From assembly GCF_963921235.1 (NCBI RefSeq), contig NC_086118.1:18044001-18108000 (forward strand): a stretch of 64,000 nt of DNA. Reading direction: 5' to 3'. Position numbers and translations under genes: made by a program. This stretch comes from Mobula hypostoma. Lineage: Eukaryota. Of this stretch, positions 24,600-36,324 are shown in pieces (positions within the stretch are counted from its first letter, which is position 1; each line of letters starts with the position of its first letter). The notes under the pieces are model-generated. The model was given only the letters and a program-made list of their open reading frames with translations, had not been told where the DNA came from and did not search any database.

Positions 24600-26281
24600 C
24601 CTTCAAGAATAAAAAAAAAGTAACACTACTATGTATTTCACTGGCACTTACTTTGTCAAAAACTAAACCAAGTTCTGAAAGGGAGTATGATTTTCAAAAA
24701 TTATAGGAGTCCAAGGTCACTGGCTATTCATTAATTTTTGCCACTTGACTTGTTTATACCACGCTGGTGCAGTGTTCAGAGAAATGGTTAATGGCAATAG
24801 CAGTTTTGGAGTCACATATTGACCAAAGGGCAGAATTTCATTGTTAAAGGGTGTTAGCAATCCATAGAGATTTCCACCGCAATCAAAGAGATTTTTTATT
24901 TTGTACAGGTACCAGCCAATAAAACTAGGCAGCAACGATTTTGGTTCCTGAATACTTTTAGGTGAATCTTATGGATTTTTAGGTGCTAATCATGAAAATT
25001 TTCATGACATTTCCCTATACTTGTGGTGAGTATACGTTTAATTCTCAAAGATGGAGCGTGTTCACTCTTATTGAGAAAGCCGATGAGCTTTGCTTTGGGT
25101 GCAAAATTGGCAACCAAGACAAAGCCTGAGCTCATATTTGTTAAGGAGCACTGTCAATTTTAGAGCTTGACTCAGAGGTACTTGGTAGTCAATGCTGTTC
25201 GATGTCCTGATGATACGGCGAGAACAGAAGATTCGTGACTGCTAATTCTGCCTGGCCATTATATCTGGTTTCTTTGCTAAAAACAAGAAACCCATTGAAT
25301 ACCGCAGTTTCCCTTCAGCCAGGAAACCTGTGCCGCGTGACGATAATCTTCCAGTACTGAAGCCGCCAGAGACATGGAGTCTAGAGGAGGCAGACAAGGA
25401 TGCCATGGTGCACGAACCAAGAATGGAAAAATATACTGATACAGATTTTGAACCCTTTCTGGCAAGTGAGCCTCATCTGATAAACCAAATCTGAGTCAAC
25501 CTACGTGGTCGGAGAATTGGATTTGTCAAAACTAAAAGCAGAATTAGTGGGTTGAAGACTGCAAGGATGGAATCTGCTGTCACCAGGCACAAAAATTTCC
25601 ATGTAGGTGTTTGATATTTGAGTCAGATATTTTCCAGAGATTGCCAAGATTAAGGAAGGCATTTTTTGTTGGTCCACTAATCAAATAGGTTATCAATGAC
25701 AGGCAATTTGAAGAACTTCTAATGGAACCAGAGAAAATTGCATGGAAGGCATTCAAGGATGTTGTTGAAAATTTTCTTAGCAACTACAGAGCACCTATCT
25801 ATGTGCAGCTGGTCAACAACATGCTTCAAGTATACAAAGCCATGAAGTGCAACATGTCACGAAAGATTTATTTTCTGCAATCCTATTTAGACTTTTTCCC
25901 TGCAAATCTTAGGTTGTCAGTGAAGAGCATGATGAAAGGTTTCACCAGGACATTATGGTCATGGTATCAGGGCAACTGGAATCAATTAATGCTGGCTGAT
26001 TAATTTTGGACACTTAAGCAAGAAGCCTCAGACACTGAGTACAAATGAAAATCATCAACCAAACATTTTTGGCTTATTTGAACTATTGCAAAGTGTCAGC
26101 AGCTTTATGCAATTAAATGCATTATATTCAAAAAAAAAGTTAATTTCCTGAAACTCCAAATTCCTACATGATGCAAGTAGTCTGAAGTTATATTTGTGTT
26201 CAGGTTCAAGTAGTCTATCAAAACCAAAACCAAAATTCCTGAGGAAGCAACACTTCTGGAAAAAAAATTTGCTATGCAGTA
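24600..26281 (+). mobile_element. Chapaev3 (CMC superfamily) DNA transposon remnant, internally deleted
   Basis: Decayed motifs CGEYT, FGCKIG(N)QDKA, MIRREQK, KIKEGIFVGP, AWKAFKDVVENFLSNYRA, KCNMSRKIYFLQSYLDFFPANL and YQGNWNQLMLAD. Right end aaaaaaatttgctatgcagt(a). The left end is approximate. Confidence 0.8.
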
Positions 26282-27894
26282 TAATTCCAAACTTATTTGC
26301 CTTTCTTTAAATTCCAGGCTTACCATTCTGGAATTCAGAATCTCACCACTGGTTCATCAGTCTGGGCTTGTAGCTGCAAATGCAGTAACCTACCATTGTG
26401 CTGTCATTCCCCATTTCCATTTCAGGCCTTGGATAATATGTGATCCATCAGTCACTGTCCAATTTGCACAATTGCATAATGTGGCCTTGCTAATGTGTTA
26501 TATCCCTTGCCTGCATTAGTTATTTACCAGACCAGTCTCAGGATGATTCATGAAACACATGGGCTCAGCATGTGGCTGCCAAATAGATCAGCAACAGTGA
26601 CAAGGAAAAACCTCGGGCTTATCATGTGAAATTGGCCAGTATTCAACTAGGGTGTGAGCAGCAGAACTGCATTTGGTGCCAGTATGTTTACAAAATAGAA
26701 GAAGCTAATCAACCAGCAATCCAACACCTGATCATTATCCAACAATCCCCTGTCGCAAAATATGACCTCATAGATGTTGGTTGACCACAGATTCAGCCTG
26801 CTGGTGTTGTCTCTCATAATGACATAAATTGTCTGCACCTAATTGATAGGATCACGATAGAGGTCCTGTGGTGTCTGAGATCGGCAGAACGAATACCTTT
26901 CCTCCACTCCCTTGATAATGTACTTGGCATTTCCTTCTACTTAAATATTTATGCAGCTGCTATACAGTTTACTTTTATATGACAGCTCACATTGATCTGA
27001 GAAGTCAATGAATGTCATATATACGGGTGCACGTCCTGTAAGAGGACTTATTTACGGCAATATCACTGTTCACTTTCCAGTGAATGAGCAACCATCAGGA
27101 AATTGGTCTCGACATCTTGAGGTGTAATTCACCTTGGGGTATCTGATGCCTGCCCAGCATTAGATGTGGATCTAATAAATTCACCCAGTGAACAGCATTT
27201 AACAATAGAAACAGGCCACTAAAGATGTAACCTATGACTTCCAATTTCCACTAACAAAAAAAAAGATTAAATCACATAGTATGTCAAATGTTGTCTTATA
27301 AAAGTCCTAACTGGAATGTTAATGTTTTACCCACAGCTTATGCCAGACTCATTTTTTGCCACCACTTTCGACCATAAACCTCACTAACAATTATTGTAGT
27401 AACATCTCTGTTTTCTGAGTTCATTATCAGATATTGCAATGTCACTTGTAGTAGCCAAGAACCTCTCAATGAATGGGTGTTGTCGCAGTCTATCCATCAC
27501 ATGAAGGTGCTATATCCATGTCTCATATGCCCAATCCCACTCCCAGTTTTCCCTTATCTCATTGACAGCCCTTCTTGGTGCTGTACAGAGACTAGACAGT
27601 GTCCTTTGAGTTTGACAAGCTTTCTGTTAGCCTGTGCAGAAAAAAAACAAGGCAGCTACAAATACTGACCATCCTAAAACACACAAGTAAAGTGTATGCA
27701 TATGATTCAAGGTGAAACAACTTTACCAAATTTTCCAATGACTTTCCTGTATTTTAGTGATCACAAGATTGCATGGTGTTTCCACGCACAACAGCGGTTA
27801 CTGTACTAAAAATGAGTGCACTTTGATGATGAGATAGGATTCTTTTATATTTGAGAGTATGCTTGGTCAGGGATGTCTGAACAACTTATGCAAT

Positions 27895-28030
27895 GTCTTA
27901 ATGAAAGGTCTTGGCCCAAACTGTCAACTGTTTACTGTCTTCATAGATGCTGCCTGGCCTGCTGAGTTCGTCCAGCATTTTGTATGTGTTGCTTTGGATT
28001 TCCAGCATTTGCAGATTTTCTCATGTTTGT
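27895..28030 (+). mobile_element. Penelope-like element terminal fragment with decayed hammerhead motif
   Basis: gtcttaatgaaaggtcttggcccaaactgtcaactg...gatgctgcctggcctgctgagttcgtccagcattttg, the same unit as at 31269, 55667 and 56931. Confidence 0.65.
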
Positions 28031-28834
28031 GGAACTTTTGTAATGTCATTGGGTTGGGTTCTTATTTTTTGAGTATAGTTTCATACTAGATTGACTCTCT
28101 GTGTGTGAATCAGAGAGATTTGTGGAATCATAGAATAGAGCCAGCCAATGTGATCGTTGTTCTTGCTTTGTGTTCCATACATATCTCTGATCTACACATT
28201 ATACATTTCTAATATGAAGCTGATAAGAAGATGAATTGATGAGGAAAATAGCACATTATAAATCTGTGGATTTACCACAGAAAGCAAGAATTCTATTTGC
28301 CAAACCTTGATCTTGTAGTCAATTTTGTGCAAGCAAATTTAATATTTTGATGTTGAAAGCAGAATTATGTTGAAACCAAAATTACGCTGATGTGGAGATC
28401 TTTAAGAGCCAAGTTAGGATGGTGGGCAAAAATTTATTTCCCAAGTGGCAAGAAAATTATCAGGTTTTGTCTAGCTGTATAGATGTGTAGCCTTGACACT
28501 AATATATGAGCAACTGGCAGGTGTTTAGGTTCCTTGGAGACGTAGGGTTAGAATTGTACATCTGTTCACTGACATCACTGTCTCTTTATTGTACACAATG
28601 ATGCCAACAGCTATTTATCTATGTCCAATCCATGATTTGCTGCTCTCTGAGTAGTTAGAAATTGGAAAAGCTGTCAGTCAACATAAGTATCAATGAGGGA
28701 AATTCATTTTTGTTTTGGAACATGCATCTTCTGCAGAAAAAGAGACCTACATTTTCCCTTAGCATTATGTCTCACATACATTTAAGAGCAATGAATTATA
28801 TCGAGCTACACAGACTGATGTTAACATCACTTTG

Positions 28835-29825
28835 ACTCTACTTCTCGTTGCAAGAGTAAAGCAGCCAGCATTATCAGAGACCTCATTAACCCAAGACATT
28901 CTCTCTTCTACTCTCTCCCATTGGGCATAAAATACAAAAACCTGAGAGCACGTGCCACCCGGGTCAAAGACAGAGTCCATCCCGCTGTTATCAAACTCTT
29001 TCTTTTCTTTTTAAATCTTTTTATTGAGTAAGTATACAAAAAAGGTAAGCCATATAAACATTAATACAATGTTAAAGTATAATAAAATTCCAAAAGATAA
29101 CAATACCAAAAAAAAATACTACAAACAATGTAATTTAAGCATAAGAAACCAAAATAACATAATAGTATACTAGATTTTATATATATCAATGGAAAAAAAG
29201 AAAAAAAAACCCCCCAAAAAAAAAACCCACCGTGCAACTAACTAAAAGCAAAGCAAAGCAATGGGCTAACTTGAAACCAAACAGAGTTAAACTTAAAATC
29301 ACGTCCTCAATCCCGACCTCCATTAAAACAGTGAAAAAAAAACAAGAAGGGTAAATATTACATTAAATGAAAATATCGAATAAAAGGTCCCCAAATCTGT
29401 TCAAATTTAAATGAAGAATCATGAAGGTTACTTCTAATTTTCTCCAGATTCAAACATAAAATCGTCTGAGAAAACCAAAAAAAGGTAGTTGGAGCATTAA
29501 GCTCTTTCCAATGTTGTAAAATACATCTTTTCGCCATTAAAGTAAGAAATGCAATCATTCTACGGGCTGAATATCAAACTCTTAAACAGACCTCCTAAAC
29601 AATGATGGACTCTTGACCTCAAATATATCTTCTAATGATCTTGCACTTTATTTTTTACCTGCAGTACACTTTCTCTATAACATTCACACTTTATTCTGCA
29701 TTGTTACTGGTTAACCTTATTCTGCTTAATGCACTGTGCAATGGTTTGATCTGTATGAACATTATGCAAGAAAAGATTTTCACGATATCTTGGTACATAT
29801 GACAATAATAAACCTGTACCAACAC
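28835..29825 (+). mobile_element. Rex1/Babar-type LINE 3' end (host of the L1 insertion)
   Basis: aaagcagccagcattatcagagac (KAASIIRD)...cccgctgttatcaaactctt (PAVIKLL) resumes at 29584 and ends tgacaataataaacc. Confidence 0.65.
29001..29571 (-). mobile_element. L1-clade LINE, 5'-truncated (ORF2 C-terminus + 3'UTR + A-rich tail)
   Basis: Perfect 12-bp TSD TATCAAACTCTT (28989-29000 and 29572-29583). T-rich tail and tttattg (rc AATAAA). ORF 29358-29558 AKRCILQHWK...LEKIR...IWGPF resembles fish L1 ORF2 termini. Confidence 0.88.
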
Positions 29826-30379
29826 TCATTCACGAGTCCTCATATAATAAAGCAGTCTACTTTACATGCACTAATATAAAGCCATTATTCTTGGACAGCT
29901 TCATTAAAAGCACGTTACATTCATCTCATGCAAGTGCCATCTCCAAAAAGAGAGTGCTTTCCTGCTCCTTTCTGCACCATTTCATCTTCAATAATGTTAC
30001 CAGTGTTGACATCAACATCTGGTGGGAAGAGGTTAATCAGAAATTTCACTAGATCAATCAGGAAAAGAGACTGTGGATGCATAAGTAGGTCAGAGTGACC
30101 TCCACTAAACTTCCATTATCTGCAAAGCACATGTTGTTGGAGAGCCTCCAATGCTTTTCACTTGCCTGGATGATTTGTATTTCACAAACAGTCAAGAAGC
30201 TTATAACCACCCAGCAGAGAGTATTCTCCATCCACCAATATAAGCATTTACTGAGCTAGCACCACTACTTCATGATTGAGGTGAATGCCTTCTCCAAAAA
30301 AAAAACAACTCCCAAACTCTTGAGCTCACTCCAAATCCACTTGTTTCTACTGTCTAGAAGAATTTTTACATTCAGTTCT

Positions 30380-30880
30380 GATTGGCTGATTATAGGAAGG
30401 ATGTGGTGCCTTTAGAGAGAGAGTGCAGAAGAGCTCTATCAGCATGCTGCCTGGATTGGAGGATATGTGCTGAGAAAACAGGTTGGACAAACCTGAGTTG
30501 TTTTCTCTGGAGCACCAGAGTCTGTAGGGAGACTTGAGACAGAAGTTTATAAAATTGGAGACAAAATGTCTAAAACTACATGGCATGCATTTAAGGTGAT
30601 GGGGGTAAGTTCAAAGAAGGTGTGCTGAGCAATTTTATTTACACAGAGAGTGGTGGATGCCTGGGATGCACTGCTTGGATAGTAGCAGAGACAAATGCAT
30701 TGAGGTATTTAAGAGGTTCTGAAACAGGTTCATGAATATGCAGACAGTGTAGGGCAAAAGACCTTGTGTAGGTAGAAAAAACAAGTTTGCCTAGGCAGTT
30801 AAAAAGTAGTTTAATTAGTTTGGAACAATATGTGGACTGAAAGCCCTGTTACTGTGCTTTAAGGTTCTATGCCCTATGAT
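30380..30880 (+). mobile_element. Degenerate CR1 3' fragment
   Basis: tataggaaggatgtgg...gagagagtgcagaagag (YRKDV..ERVQ), acacagagagtggtggatgcctgg, and tail ttctatgccctatg. Confidence 0.75.
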
Positions 30881-31039
30881 ATTCGCAATAGACACATAGG
30901 AACACTCTTTCTGCAAGTTCCCCTCCTCATCTCAGGCCATGATGATTTGGAAACAAGTTACAGTTCTTCTCTTATCATTAGGTCAAAACTATAGCATGAA
31001 TATCAAAAATGTCGATTTCTCCTTCCAGTAAATAAATTC

Positions 31040-31357
31040 GCGCCCCACCCCCTCACTCCCACCATCCTTTATTCCCCACTCTAACCTTTTACTTCCCCTG
31101 TGTTCTCTCCTGCTTCTCTTTCTCCTGTTGTCCACTCTCCTCACCTGTCAGATTCTTTCTTCTTCAGCCTGTGACCTTTCCCACTCACCTGGCTTCACAT
31201 ATCACCTTCCAGCAAGCTTCCTTCCCCTCCCCCCACCTTTCTATTCTGGCATCATTCCCCTTCCTTCTCAGTTCTGATGAAGGGTCTTGGCTGGAAACAT
31301 TGACTATCTATTGAGTTCTATACAGTAGATACTGCCTGACCTGATGAGTTCCTCTAG

Positions 31358-31365
<8 letters not shown>
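31040..31365 (+). mobile_element. Penelope-like element terminal repeat region with hammerhead core
   Basis: Pyrimidine-rich tract, then cagtt-CTGATGA-agggtcttggctg-GAAA-cattgact at 31269-31305, then gatactgcctgacctgatgagttcctctagcattttgtg. Confidence 0.7.

Positions 31366-31401
<36 letters not shown>
31363..31401. repeat. (TG)n microsatellite
   Basis: About 19 perfect TG units continuing the ttttgtgtgtg end of the preceding element. Confidence 0.95.
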
Positions 31402-31402
<1 letters not shown>

Positions 31403-32669
31403 TGTTCAAAAATAATGGCTCTGTGAGTGTGCACAAAATAGAAAGGGAAACTAAGAGTTTCTTTCCCAGTGGTGCCTACATCATGTGAGGAAGATCTGCA
31501 GCAAGATCCCACAAGTTTCAATGGCATGAATGATCAGTTATTGGTCTTTGATGGCATTTATCAAGGCTGGGACCTTGGCCAAGGTGCCAGTACTTTTTGA
31601 TTAAGATCTGTTGAAATCAGTGACAACCAGAATATCAGCCAGACAGGGCCTTATTGCTAATTCTTCCTCCAGAATTTGCCATTGCTGTCAAAGAGCTTTC
31701 CCTTGGGTTTGGCTGAAATGTCACTTAAAATTGTTTCTAAGCTGCAGGGCCAATGCTTGGACAAATAAATTAGTTCACAGTACAAACCGTTGTAGGAAGA
31801 AAGGAGTCATTTTCAAGTTGAATGCATGAAAAATTATAAGATATTGCAAGCTGTTTTCAATGATCTTTAGTTCTTTTTAAAGTAAGAAGCTAGTACAGTA
31901 TGTTTGAAGAGATGCTGATATATTTGCTATTGCTCTGTATCAATGAGACAACAAAAAGTGAGAGACCACTAAAATATTTCTTACAATGTGCTTCCCACTT
32001 CTTCAGACAGTTCAATGGCAACATTCAATTCAGCCATGAAATTTACTCCCTCCATCACTGGTGTACCATCTTTTCCCAAACACCTCATCGAGAAAGACAG
32101 GAACAAGTGATATGAGCACCAGCTGCAGGATTCTCTGCTAGTTGCAAACCACCCCGAGATGGAAATCTATCATGGCCCATCATTGTTGTTGTCTCTAGAA
32201 ACAAAAGCTAAATATAGCCAATGACAAGAAGGGCAGCAGCTGTTCAAGAAATCAGCTCTCCACCACCTTTGGTAGTTAAGAATGTGCAACAGATGCAGGT
32301 CATATCTGCAGTGGCCACTTTCTGCAAAATGAATAACAAAAAGACAGACGTCAAATTAATGATATTGGATTAGGAACTGGTCTGAAGAAGTGATATTGAA
32401 AGCATATTGAATAATGGATTTCAAAAGGAAATTGGATCCGTAATTAAAATATTTGTAGTAAGTTAGGAGGAGCCGGTAAATAGAACCAATTGTCTTGTTC
32501 TTTCAAAGAGCCATCAGTGGTAAGAATGGGCTTTTTCTGCACTCTATGGAGGTATATTGTGAAATGCTGTCTTGAATTTTTAAATAGACAAAGGAGATAG
32601 TTACCTACTACCTCCCAATATTTTATTATCTTAACATAATGACCTGGGATCTTTTTTGTGGAATAAGAA

Positions 32670-34372
32670 ATACTTCCGATTTAAGATGGCGCTACCAAAG
32701 GTGTGCAACCGCGTACTGGCAGTTCAAAAGGCAAGAAATTCAACTAAAAATATTTCTAATAGCACCTTTTCTGAAGTAAATTGTGGTAAACTATCACCGG
32801 AAACAATGGAGAACCAAGCGAATATGAGAAGTGAGCTGCCACTGCAAAATCAATGCAATTGGAGTAAGCGATTTAGAGAGGAGAAGTTCCTATGCTCTTC
32901 TAACTAACCCAGGTGCGAGGTTTGGATCGCTGTTAGCACCGAGTTGATCTGGAGAGATCGCGTATGACTTCAACTTGGGTGTGTATTGCTTCGTTGCATG
33001 GCTGAGGCCCAGTGCATTTCGCTGCACCGGGACCCAGGTCCTAATATGAGGTATGATCCGCTGGTTAGGCAACTTAAAGGCTGGTCCAGATAGACTGGAA
33101 AGGCAGGGTGCTGGGATCGGAGGTGAGAGTTGGGCCAATTTTGCTTGCTGTCCGGAGACGTTCACTTCTTTCTCTGTGGAGCTGAGGCTGTGAGGGTGAG
33201 ACTGCCCTTGGCTTCTGTGCCGAGTGCCTGTAAGCTTCACGGAAATATGCCATGCTAATATGAAGGCCTGGTTTCACGACATATGTCGGTGATATAAATA
33301 TGACTCTAATTCTGATTCTGAGTCTCATACTGAGGCTTTGGGTCTTCTCGGGTTGCTCCAGGGTTTTGGATCTAAGGACTCAATTTGGTTCGGAATGCTG
33401 TTGACTTCTTCTATTGTTTGCATAATTTGTGTTTTTTTTCTCTCTACACATTAGAGGTTGGTCATTTTTTAATTGGGTTCTTTCGGGTTTCTTGCTTTGT
33501 GGCTGCCTGTAAGCAAACAAATCTCAAGGAGGTATAATTTATACATTCTTTGAGGTTATTCACTTTGGGAGCAAGAACAGGAAGGCAGATTATTATCTGA
33601 ACGGTGTGGAGTTAGGTAAGGGAGAAATACAAAGAGATCTAGGAGTACTTGTTCATCAGTCTCTGAAGGAGAATGAGCAAGTGCAGCAGGCAGTGAAGAA
33701 GGTAATGGAATGTTAGCCTTTATTACAAAGGGAATTGTGTACAAGAGCAAGGAAATGCTGTTGCATTTGTACAGGGCCCTGGTGAGACCACACCTGGAGT
33801 ATTGTGTGCAGTTTTGGTCTCCAGGGTTAAGGAAGGACATCCTGGCTGTGGAAGAGGTGCAGCATAGGCTCACTAGGTTAATTCCTGGGATGTCCGGACT
33901 GTCTTACGCAGAGAGGTTAGAGAGACTGGGCTTGTTCACGCTGGAATTAAGGAGATTGAGGGGGGATCTGATTGAGACATATAGGATTATTAAGGGATTG
34001 GACAAGATAGAGACAGGAAATATGTTCCAGATGCTGAGAGAGTCCAGTACCAGAAGGCATGGTTTAAGAATAAGGGGTAGCTCATTTAGGACAGAGTTGA
34101 GGAGGAACTTCTTCGCCCAGAGAGTTGTGGAGGTGTGGAACGCGCTGCCTCGGAAGGCAGTGGAGGCCAATTCTCTGGATGCTTTCAAGAAGGAGCTAGA
34201 TAGGTATCTTATGGATAGGAGAATCAAGGGTTATGGGGACAAGGCAGGAACCGGGTATTGATAGTAGATGATCAGCCATGATCTCAGAATGGCGGTGCAG
34301 GCTCGAAGGGCCGAATGGTCTACTTCTGCACCTATTGTCTATTGTCTATTAAATGTACTTTGAACTTTGAAC
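32670..34372 (+). mobile_element. CpG-retaining non-autonomous retroelement with (CTTTGAA)n tail, split by a CR1
   Basis: Starts near AAGATGGCG at 32682. The 3' part gcaaacaaatctcaagg...ttctttga|CR1|aaatgtactttgaactttgaac matches the tail of the Rex1-type element at 58350-58420. Confidence 0.5.
33554..34350 (+). mobile_element. Young 5'-truncated CR1 LINE
   Basis: Uninterrupted ORF2 C-terminal frame 33710-34261 (LVRPHLEYCVQFWSP, RRLRGDLIETY, NFFAQRVVEVWNALP), retained CpGs and a (CTATTGT)n tail. Confidence 0.93.
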
Positions 34373-34916
34373 CAAATGTGCTAACAAAATGTTTTTTTCT
34401 TCAAGATAATTCAGAAATACCAGAACAAAACACAGATCAAAACATCCTTAAACATTCAGAGCTAGTTGTTACTGAATTAGTTGCAATATAATTGGAACAA
34501 TATTTTGTGCATATACAGTAAGTCCAAGTGAACTCAATGACACAGTTGTAAATAGTAAACGCAACCTCCTTTTCTAGAGACCTAGACTATGTAATCTAAT
34601 TATTCTCACACAGTGATTATTGCTGTTTGCTTTGGGCTAGTGCAGGGCATATGTTATTTATTTTAAACATCAGAAAAATTATTAGCATGACCAGAAGGAC
34701 ACTTTATGAGATGTTAATGACTTATTATTTTAATTATCTTTTCTGTTTGTCAAATACTGCATTGTAGTAATAAAATGTCATTTTTGAGCAGCATCATTGT
34801 AAAGGCAGTAATTAGTTACTCTTTCTTCTCAGTATCAAAGGTCAGAGTATATAAGACCAACCCCGCTTTGTTCCTTATCTCATCCACACATTTATAATAT
34901 ATTGTATAACCATATA

Positions 34917-36324
34917 CACTCAGACCCCACTTAGCACTGAGGATGCGCTCCTGGGAGGTGGAGTTCTATGTAAATCAGCACTATGTGGGGTCGTTATAAC
35001 ATTATGTAAATTGAGATGTGTACCTGGTTTTAAAAGAATCAAACCCAAGGTGTACTATATTATTTTATAACCGTAACTCGTGGAGTAACAAACACACAAA
35101 TAGGCTGTAACCTGTACATCGATGGAGCAGCAACACATTGCAGCAACAGTGGAGGGAAGCAGGTGGGGGCTGCATCATAGAGGAGGGACCAGGCTGTGGG
35201 TTTTCCTCTAACTTTGGCTTCTTCTTCAATTTGGTGGCAGATTTCACTGCCTTTTCTTAAGTTCCCTCTCATGAAGCAATTCTTGGTAGCAGGAAATTAT
35301 GTCAAGAACACCTCTCTTTGCCTTATTGCTTCGCTCCCAGTCAGGGTCATTATCGATGAACTAGTCCATGATTTGTGTGATCATGCGATGCTAGTGCTGA
35401 GGAATTTTGTGGTTAACTGGTCCTTCGCAGCCTTGAACCCAGCTGCATGTTTCTCTTTTTGGGGGGATGAAAGTATGGGAAGGTATTCTTTTCAAAATAG
35501 GCCCGTTTCATCTACATTGAAGACAAGCTCAGGAGGGTAATTATCCTTTTCGACTGTGGCCTTCAGTGTTGCAGGCAAATCCTGGGCTGCCTTGCTATCT
35601 GCACTAGCTGGTTTACCAGAGATAAGTACCCTATGGATGTTACTGTGCTGTTTAACTCTATCAAACCAATTTCTGTTGGCTGTGAATGTTAGCATTGTAT
35701 CTTCTTCTTCTTGAATATGATTGTGAAGCTCCTTGCATTTTACAATATTATTAGCTGGCTTAGGGGCATGTTTCCACCCATATATTTACAGTATTTTCCA
35801 TTGTTGCAAGCAAATGGCTCCTTGAATTAGTCACTTTTGTTATCGATAACTCTGAGGTTGTCGTTGCAGAAGTTTTACCTTGTTGGAATTTTTATAGTTG
35901 TTCTGATCATCGATGTAGCCAATTTCAAAGCGGCGCGTACATCAACCTGACGCTTACCAGCTTCCAGTTTCACATCCATGCTGATGCTTTTCCAAGAGAT
36001 CTTAGATGTACTCTCCTCACTGGAAGTTGCAGGGTGTTTTCCAGATATTATGGGTGAAAAAAAATGGAATAAATTGGTGAGCGAGCAAGAATGTTTACAC
36101 ACGCAGGAGAGGCTGCGTGAACTAATACATGATTGGCTGTGAGTGGCTCACAGCATTTGTAAAGTGCTTTCACTGGCTGATTGAATGTTTACTGTAATAA
36201 CGGCCACTCTTGAGAAGTTTTAAGTATTGCATAGAATTAATTTTTGTCATTTAAGAAAATTTCAATGAAGAATAACTGTAATGAATCAGCGCTATGCATG
36301 GTAGTGTTATGCGGGGTCTGAGCG
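34917..36324 (-). mobile_element. Tigger/pogo-type DNA transposon, internally deleted
   Basis: TA|CACTCAGACCCCACTTAGCACT ... AGTGTTATGCGGGGTCTGAGCG|TA, a roughly 22-bp TIR with TA on both sides. Minus-strand remnants: CENP-B-like HTH (SISMDVKLE), FTANRNWFDRVK, GKPASAD, VFNVDETGLF, GFKAAKDQLT, then a jump to the C-terminal region. Confidence 0.88.

Noticed and set aside
26530..27200. Non-repetitive-looking intronic stretch as a conserved enhancer or ncRNA (similarly 8330-8720 and 45505-45950)
   Set aside because: No ORF, structure or motif I can support from the sequence alone; it would need cross-species alignment.
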